Part shown: positions 57,820 to 64,000 of the stretch, in pieces
Layout: each line of letters begins with the position of its first letter
Numbering within the stretch: position 1 is the first letter of the stretch
Source of the DNA: Alphaproteobacteria bacterium
GTDB lineage: Bacteria > Pseudomonadota > Alphaproteobacteria > CACIAM-22H2
NCBI GenBank assembly: GCA_016124335.1
Contig: WGNX01000009.1
Location: forward strand, 184,034-248,033
Reading direction: 5' to 3'
Length of the DNA: 64,000 nt
Translations under genes and position numbers: made by a program
Notes under the pieces: model-generated
Databases searched by the model: none
What the model was told of the DNA's origin: nothing
What the model saw: only the letters and a program-made list of their open reading frames with translations

Positions 57820-57923
57820 CCGGAATTTTGGTATTCCGGTAATCTTCCTGTCAAACTGCTGTCGATTGTCGACAAAGTCAACGTGGAAGAGCCGGAATTC
57901 GATGTATTCGTATGTATACGAAT
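57820..57923. promoter_or_regulatory. Divergent regulatory region with three palindromes
   Basis: CCGGAAT-N6-ATTCCGG (57820-57839), TTGTCGACAA (57866-57875), ATTCGTAT-GT-ATACGAAT (57906-57923). Confidence 0.55.
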
Positions 57924-58058
57924 GAGAAAATCACCGAATCTCGAAAGATGTGATCGGCGAATTGCCAAAACAGGCCGTAACCAAGCCCGACTCCTATTCG
58001 GACAAATGGAGCGCTAGTGTTTTCGGCCGTTCAGCTTTGCCCCGGGGAGGAAATGCCG

Positions 58059-58508
58059 ATGGCCGTCCTGACGATCAACGGAAAGCGACACGACGCATCG
58101 GTCGATCCGGAGACGCCGCTCCTTTGGGTCCTTCGCGACACACTGGGCATGACCGGCACAAAATATGGCTGCGGGATCGCGCAATGCGGTGCCTGCACGG
58201 TCCATATCGATGGCGTCCCGGTGCGCAGTTGTTCGCTTCCGGTCAGCGCGGTTGGCGAGGGAAAGATCACGACGATCGAGGGCCTCGCCGACAACGGCAA
58301 GCTCCACAAGATCCAGCAGGCCTGGATCGAGAACGACGTGCCCCAGTGCGGCTACTGCCAGAGTGGCATGATCATGGCCGCCGCCGCCCTTCTCGCCGAA
58401 AAGCCGAACCCGACCGATACCGACATCGACGAAGCGATGACGAACATCTGCCGCTGCGGCACGTACCAGCAGGTGCGTGCGGCAATCCACGCCGCCGCAA
58501 AGGCCTGA
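58059..58508 (+). CDS. (2Fe-2S) small subunit of a xanthine-oxidase-family enzyme (IorA-like)
   Basis: [23 protein letters not shown]; GGAGG RBS. Confidence 0.95.
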   Translation: MAVLTINGKRHDASVDPETPLLWVLRDTLGMTGTKYGCGIAQCGACTVHIDGVPVRSCSLPVSAVGEGKITTIEGLADNGKLHKIQQAWIENDVPQCGYCQSGMIMAAAALLAEKPNPTDTDIDEAMTNICRCGTYQQVRAAIHAAAKA

Positions 58509-58522
58509 GGGAGGGCACGACC

Positions 58523-60679
58523 ATGAATGCGATCGCTTCGATGGACCGCCGCTCGTTCCTCGTCGGCTCGACGGCCGGCGTCTTCTCGCTCGGATTTGCG
58601 ATTCCGTTCGCGCGCGCGCAGGGTGCTGCGGGTGCCGTACGCGAGATCAATGCGTGGGTCGTCATCCACCCCGACGACAAGGTCGTGATCCGCATCGCGC
58701 GCTCGGAAATGGGCCAGGGCACGCTGACCGGCCTCGCCCAGCTCGTGGCCGAGGAACTGGAGTGCGACTGGTCGAAGGTCTCGACCGAGTTTCCCACCCC
58801 CGGCCAGAACGTCGCGCGCAATCGCGTGTGGCGGAATTTCTCGACCGGCGGCAGCCGCGGAATCCGCGAGTCGCATGAATATGTCCGCCAGGGGGGGGCG
58901 GCCGCGCGCATGATGCTGGTCGCCGCCGCGGCGAAACGCTGGGGCGTCGCTGAGGCCGAATGTACGGCCGCCAACAGCGTCGTCACGCACGGCGCGTCGG
59001 GCCGCAAGCTCGGCTTCGGCGCACTTGCCGCCGACGCGGCGACGATGGAGCCACCCAAGGAGATCAGGCTCAAGGACGTCAAAGACTGGAAGGTCGCCGG
59101 CAAGGGCGTGAAGCGCCTCGACACCGCACCGAAGGTCGACGGCACGCTCGTCTACGGGATCGACCTGCGTTTTCCCGGAATGCTCACTGCCACGATCCGC
59201 GATTGCCCGGTGCAGGGCGGCAAGCTGAAGAGCTTCGATGCCGCCAAGGTCGAGAAAATGCCGGGCGTGCGCAAGGTCGTGGCCGTCGACGGAACGGGCG
59301 TGGCCGTGATCGCCGACGGCTACTGGCAGGCGCACAAGGCATTGGAAGCGCTGCCGGTGGAATGGGACATGGGACCGGGGGGCAAGACGTCAAGCGCCAC
59401 GATCGACGCGATGCTGACCGAAGGTCTCACGGCCGAGAACGTGTTCATCGGCACGAAGATCGGCGACGCGAAGGCTGCCATCGCCGGAGCGGCGAAGGTT
59501 GTCGAAGCGGTCTATTCGTACCCCTACCAGAACCACGCGACGATGGAGCCGATGAACGCCACGGCCGTGTGGACGGCCGATCGCTGCGAGGTCTGGTGCC
59601 CGACGCAGAACGGCGAAGCCGCACTTGCCGCAGCCGCCGAAGCCGCCGAACTGCCCGTGGCCAAATGCGACGTGCACAAGGCCTTCCTTGGCGGCGGCTT
59701 CGGCCGGCGCGGCCGGTCGGATTATGTCCGTCAGGCCGTGCTGATCGCCAAGCAGATGCCCGGCACGCCGGTCAAGCTCATCTGGTCGCGCGAAGAAGAC
59801 ATGATGCATTGCGCCTTCCACCCGGTGACGAAGTGCAAGATGACCGGCGCGTTCGATGCGGCGGGCAAGCTCGTCGGCCTGCATATGCGCATCTCCGGCC
59901 AATCGATCCTGGCTTCGCTCGCCCCGCAAGGCCTGCAGAACGGCATGGATCCGGTCGTTTTCCAGGGACTGAACGGAGGCGGTGCGGAAGGCCAGTTCGG
60001 CTACGACGTGCCGAACCTGCTGGTCGATCACGCGATGCGCAACACGCATATCCTTGCGGGCTTCTGGCGCGGCGTGAACCTGAACCACAACGCGATCTAC
60101 GTCGAAAGCTTCATGGACGAGCTTGCACGCGCGGCGGGCGAAGACCCGCTTGCCTTCCGTCGCAAGTATCTCAAGCCCAAGCATCGCGCCGTGCTGGACG
60201 CGGCGTGCGAACGCGCCGGCTATGGCAAGGCGGCCCCCGGCATATTTCATGGCGTCGCGCAGATCATGGGTTTCGGCAGCTACGTCGCGGCCTGCGCGGA
60301 AGTGTCGGTCAAGGACGGCAAGCTCAAGATCCACCGCATCGTCGCGGCGACCGACCCCGGCACCGTCGTCAATCCCGCGCAGATCGAGCGTCAGGTCGCA
60401 GGCTCGTTCGTCTACGGCCTTTCGGCAGCCCTTTACGGCGAATGCACCGTCAAGGACGGCGCCATCGAGCAGACGAACTTCGACACCTATCCCGTCCTTC
60501 ACATGGACGAGATGCCGAAGGTCGAAGCCGTGCTCGTGCCGTCGGGCGGCTTCTGGGGCGGCGTGGGCGAACCGACGATCGGCGTGGCTGCGCCCGCGGT
60601 TCTAAATGCGATCTACGCCGCGACGGGCAAGCGCATCCGCTCGCTGCCGTTGTCCAAGCACGATCTGCGCAGCGCGTGA
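58523..60679 (+). CDS. Molybdopterin-binding large subunit, xanthine oxidase family (IorB-like), Tat-exported
   Basis: DRRSFL leader, RSEMGQG, TGGS, HATMEP, GGGFGRR, GGVGEP. Confidence 0.93.
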   Translation: MNAIASMDRRSFLVGSTAGVFSLGFAIPFARAQGAAGAVREINAWVVIHPDDKVVIRIARSEMGQGTLTGLAQLVAEELECDWSKVSTEFPTPGQNVARNRVWRNFSTGGSRGIRESHEYVRQGGAAARMMLVAAAAKRWGVAEAECTAANSVVTHGASGRKLGFGALAADAATMEPPKEIRLKDVKDWKVAGKGVKRLDTAPKVDGTLVYGIDLRFPGMLTATIRDCPVQGGKLKSFDAAKVEKMPGVRKVVAVDGTGVAVIADGYWQAHKALEALPVEWDMGPGGKTSSATIDAMLTEGLTAENVFIGTKIGDAKAAIAGAAKVVEAVYSYPYQNHATMEPMNATAVWTADRCEVWCPTQNGEAALAAAAEAAELPVAKCDVHKAFLGGGFGRRGRSDYVRQAVLIAKQMPGTPVKLIWSREEDMMHCAFHPVTKCKMTGAFDAAGKLVGLHMRISGQSILASLAPQGLQNGMDPVVFQGLNGGGAEGQFGYDVPNLLVDHAMRNTHILAGFWRGVNLNHNAIYVESFMDELARAAGEDPLAFRRKYLKPKHRAVLDAACERAGYGKAAPGIFHGVAQIMGFGSYVAACAEVSVKDGKLKIHRIVAATDPGTVVNPAQIERQVAGSFVYGLSAALYGECTVKDGAIEQTNFDTYPVLHMDEMPKVEAVLVPSGGFWGGVGEPTIGVAAPAVLNAIYAATGKRIRSLPLSKHDLRSA

Positions 60680-61113
60680 GGGCGGCAACGCTTTCGTTCC
60701 TTCTGCTCGCGGCGGCAACGCCGGCCGCTGCCGCGGGCTACACGGTCGTTGGCGACGCAATTCCGGCACCGCTCGAGGGAGCGATTGGCGATGCCGCGCG
60801 TGGCCGAGCGATCGTCGCCGACCGGACCGTCGGGCTCTGCGTGCTGTGCCATTCGGGGCCGTTTCCCGAACTGCATTTCCAGGGCGATCTTGCACCCCCG
60901 CTCGACGGTGCCGGTTCGCGATGGAGTGCAGGCCAGATCCGCCTGCGTCTGGTCGAGCCGCAACGCCTGACCCCCGGCACGATCATGCCCGCCTATTATC
61001 GCGCCGACGGCTTCGAGCGCGTGGCACCCGCCTTTGCCGGCAAATCGATTCTTACCGCAGGCCAGATCGAAGACGTCGTCGCCTATCTGTCGACGTTGCG
61101 CGGCGCGAAATGA
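60676..61113 (+). CDS. soxX: Monoheme cytochrome c SoxX
   Basis: Signal peptide, IPAPL, GDAARGR, CVLCH, TIMPAY; GTG start overlapping the Mo-subunit stop. Confidence 0.88.
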   Translation: MRAATLSFLLLAAATPAAAAGYTVVGDAIPAPLEGAIGDAARGRAIVADRTVGLCVLCHSGPFPELHFQGDLAPPLDGAGSRWSAGQIRLRLVEPQRLTPGTIMPAYYRADGFERVAPAFAGKSILTAGQIEDVVAYLSTLRGAK

Positions 61114-61559
61114 CGATCGCCATAACACGGCGCATGTTGATCGGCGGGCTCGCGGTGAGCCTGGTTCCCGTTCGCGCGAACGCCACGCCCGAAACCATGC
61201 AGGCGGCCATCGCCGATGCGACCGGCGGGCGGGCGCTGCGCGAAGGCAAGGTCACGCTCGACATCCAGCCGCTGATCGACAATGGCAACACGGTACCCAT
61301 GCGCGTGCGTGTCGATAGCACGATGACGGGCGTCGACCGGGTCAAGGCGCTTCACGTCTTCAACGAGAAGAATCCGCAGCCCCATGTGCTGAGCGTGCGT
61401 TTCGGGCCACGCGCCGGGCGGGCCGAAATCGCCACGCGCATCAAGCTTGCCGATACGCAGAAGGTCATCGCCGTCGCCGAGATGGAGGACGGCACGCTGT
61501 GGACCGCCGCGATCGACGTCATCGTGACGATCGCGGCCTGCATCGAAGGGCTCGAGTGA
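61110..61559 (+). CDS. soxY: SoxY-like sulfur carrier with non-canonical C-terminus
   Basis: TRR Tat leader, DNGNTVP, EKNPQP, TRIKL, ends VIVTIAACIEGLE. Confidence 0.82.
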   Translation: MTIAITRRMLIGGLAVSLVPVRANATPETMQAAIADATGGRALREGKVTLDIQPLIDNGNTVPMRVRVDSTMTGVDRVKALHVFNEKNPQPHVLSVRFGPRAGRAEIATRIKLADTQKVIAVAEMEDGTLWTAAIDVIVTIAACIEGLE

Positions 61560-61879
61560 TGGCGGCCCCGCTCGTCAGCGCCCCCAAGCGTGTCCGGCGC
61601 GGCGACGTCTTCGAAGTGAAGACGCTGATCTCGCATCCGATGGAGACAGGCTTCCGCCCGGGAACGAACGGCACGATCATTCCGCGCGACATCGTCCAGA
61701 AAATGCGCTGCCGTTTTGCCGGCGAGGCCGTTTTCGATCTCGAGCTGTCGCCGGCGATCTCGGCAAATCCATATTTCATCTTCTATGTCCGCGCCGAGAC
61801 CGGCGGCGCGCTTGAAATCGAATGGACGGGCGACAACGGCTTTTCGGCAAGCTACAGCGCCCTGATCCTCGTCGAATGA
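61559..61879 (+). CDS. soxZ: SoxZ
   Basis: VKTLISHPMETG, IP, AISANPYF. Confidence 0.88.
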   Translation: MAAPLVSAPKRVRRGDVFEVKTLISHPMETGFRPGTNGTIIPRDIVQKMRCRFAGEAVFDLELSPAISANPYFIFYVRAETGGALEIEWTGDNGFSASYSALILVE

Positions 61880-62649
61880 TCATGCGCAAGCCTGTCGCTG
61901 CTCTCCTGCTCGCGTCGATGGCCGCAGCCGCATTCGCGCAAGCGCCTGCCGACACGCGCCGTTCGGGCTTCGACGACATGAGCCCGGCGCTGCAGGCCAT
62001 CCAGATGGACGATTTCGCCAATCCCGCCGCCCTGTGGCTTGCCGAAGGCGAAGCCCAGTGGAACACCCGCACCGGGTCAGCAGGAAAATCCTGCGCGGAT
62101 TGCCATGGCACGCCGGCGACCATGCGCGGCGTTGCCGCCCGCTTTCCGGCCTTCGATACGACGCTCGCAAATGTCATCGACCTTGATGCCAAAATCGACG
62201 ACTGCCGGACACGCCGGCAGGGCGCCGCCTCGCCGCCCCACGAAAGCCGCGCGCGCGTGGCGCTTGAGGCATTCGTCGCGCATCAGTCGCGCGGCATGCC
62301 GATCACGTCGGCTGCGGAGCCGCATCTCGACGCGTCGGTCGCGGCAGGCGCGCGCATTTTCCGCCAACGCATGGGGCAGATCGATCTGTCCTGCGCGCAA
62401 TGCCATGACGAGCGCGCGGGCCGGCATCTTGCCGGCACGGCCATTCCGCAAGGCCACCCGACAGGATATCCCGTCTACCGCTCGGAATGGCAAGCCGTCG
62501 GGACGCTGCAACGCCGACTGCGGAATTGCCTGAGCGGCGTGCGCGCGCAGCCCTATGCGTTCGGCTCGCCGGAGATGATCGCACTCGAGGCGTTCCTGAT
62601 GCGTCGTGCCGCCGGGATGAAACTCGAAACGCCCGGCGTTCGTCCCTAG
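61876..62649 (+). CDS. soxA: Diheme cytochrome c SoxA
   Basis: CADCH and CAQCH heme motifs, YPVYR, QRRLRNC active-site Cys, C-terminal PGVRP. Confidence 0.92.
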   Translation: MIMRKPVAALLLASMAAAAFAQAPADTRRSGFDDMSPALQAIQMDDFANPAALWLAEGEAQWNTRTGSAGKSCADCHGTPATMRGVAARFPAFDTTLANVIDLDAKIDDCRTRRQGAASPPHESRARVALEAFVAHQSRGMPITSAAEPHLDASVAAGARIFRQRMGQIDLSCAQCHDERAGRHLAGTAIPQGHPTGYPVYRSEWQAVGTLQRRLRNCLSGVRAQPYAFGSPEMIALEAFLMRRAAGMKLETPGVRP

Positions 62650-64000
62650 CCAGCCACGTCGAACGTCACGCCCTGCGCCAGCGGCAGCGTCGTGCCGTAG
62701 TTGACGGTGTTCGTCGCCCGGCGCATGTACGCCTTCCAGGCATCCGAGCCTGCCTCGCGGCCGCCGCCGGTTTCCTTTTCGCCCCCGAACGCGCCGCCGA
62801 TTTCGGCACCCGACGGACCGATATTGACGTTGGCGATGCCGCAGTCCGAGCCGACGTCGGAAACGAACAATTCGGCTTCGCGCATGTCTTGCGTGAAGAT
62901 CGACGACGAGAGCCCCGCGCCCACGCCATTCTGGATCGCGACGGCTTCGGCGAAGTCGCGATAGCGCACGACGTAAAGGATCGGCGCGAAGGTCTCGTGC
63001 AGCATAGGTCCGGCTTGGGAGGGCATCTCGACCAGTGCCGGCTGCATGTATCTGGCGTGCGTGGAAAGTTCCGCACGCTCGACCCGCCCGCCGCCATGGA
63101 CCTTGCCGCCCAAAGCCTTCGCCTCCGCAAGCGCCTTCTGCGCGCCGTCGAACGCCGCAACATCGATCAGCGGCCCGACAAGCGTTCCGTTGGCGCGCGG
63201 GTCGCCGATCGCGACACCCGCGTAGGCCCGCGCGAGCCGCGGCACCAGCTTGTCATAAACGCTCTCGTGCACGATCAGGCGCCGCAACGTCGTGCAGCGC
63301 TGGCCGGCCGTGCCCATCGCTGCGAATGCGATGGCCCGCAGCGAAAGGTCGAGATCGGCGCTGGGCGCCACGATCGCCGCGTTGTTGCCGCCGAGTTCAA
63401 GGATCGCGCGCGCGAACCGCTGCCCGAGTTTGGCACCCACTTCGCGACCCATCCGCGTGGAACCCGTTGCCGAAAGGATTTGCACGAGCGGGCTTTCGAC
63501 GAGCGCTTCGCCCGGCGCGCGGGCGCCGGTCAGCACGCCATGAAGGCCCGTCGGCACGCCGCCATGGCGCTTGGCCGCCTTCTCGAAGATCGCGGCGACC
63601 GCAAGCGCCGTCAGCGGCGTCTTTTCCGACGGCTTCCAGACGATCGCGTTTCCGCACACGAGCGCAAGTGCGGCATTCCACGACCAGACCGCGACCGGGA
63701 AATTGAACGCGGTGATGATCCCGCACACGCCCATCGGATGCCACGTCTCCATCATGCGATGGTTCGGACGCTCGGTTGCGATCGTCAGGCCGTGCAGCTG
63801 GCGGGAAAGGCCGACGGCGAAATCGCAGATGTCGATCATTTCCTGCACTTCGCCCAACCCTTCGGAAACGATCTTGCCGGCCTCGATCGTGACCAGTCGG
63901 CCGAGATCGGCCTTCGCCGCGCGCAACTCTTCACCAAGAAGGCGCACGAGTTCGCCACGATGGGGTGCCGGCACCTTGCGCCATTCGAGGAATGCCTGAT
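62646..64000 (-). CDS. Aldehyde dehydrogenase, ALDH7 / piperideine-6-carboxylate dehydrogenase type (5' end outside the window)
   Basis: AFNFPVAVW, LELGGNN, GTAGQRCT, GAEIGGAFGGEKETG, LPLAQG. Confidence 0.92.
   Translation of the reverse strand, partial: QAFLEWRKVPAPHRGELVRLLGEELRAAKADLGRLVTIEAGKIVSEGLGEVQEMIDICDFAVGLSRQLHGLTIATERPNHRMMETWHPMGVCGIITAFNFPVAVWSWNAALALVCGNAIVWKPSEKTPLTALAVAAIFEKAAKRHGGVPTGLHGVLTGARAPGEALVESPLVQILSATGSTRMGREVGAKLGQRFARAILELGGNNAAIVAPSADLDLSLRAIAFAAMGTAGQRCTTLRRLIVHESVYDKLVPRLARAYAGVAIGDPRANGTLVGPLIDVAAFDGAQKALAEAKALGGKVHGGGRVERAELSTHARYMQPALVEMPSQAGPMLHETFAPILYVVRYRDFAEAVAIQNGVGAGLSSSIFTQDMREAELFVSDVGSDCGIANVNIGPSGAEIGGAFGGEKETGGGREAGSDAWKAYMRRATNTVNYGTTLPLAQGVTFDVAG

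Overview
High-GC, densely coding bacterial chromosome segment, most likely from an alphaproteobacterium (cobST, DUF1192, pcs, hspQ, GTCATG-type REP hairpins). No rRNA, tRNA, CRISPR array, transposase or integrase was recognised. Contents in order: 5'-nucleotidase, cobT, cobS and a J-domain gene; a 19-gene minus-strand organosulfonate-type operon (5804-23264) with a divergent GntR regulator; a class III cyclase-like gene; a pentapeptide-repeat gene; a GGT; a REP doublet; an NfeD/SPFH pair; an AT-richer orphan gene; a partial paa cluster followed by an MhaAB-like hydroxylase; an orphan gene next to a promoter-operator-terminator unit (candidate sRNA); housekeeping genes (bdhA, pcs, mscS, hspQ, recQ); an ABC/CoA catabolic unit; and a divergent operon joining a Tat-exported molybdoenzyme to soxXYZA. 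The two best candidates for undescribed systems are (1) the operon combining an SDH/fumarase paralogue set with sulfolactate desulfonation (SlcC/ComC/SuyAB/TauE), suggesting catabolism of a sulfonated C4-dicarboxylate such as sulfosuccinate, and (2) the molybdoenzyme-SoxXYZA operon whose SoxY lacks the GGCGG arm. All family calls come from motif recognition by eye, without database searches. Several starts were re-picked relative to the ORF track.
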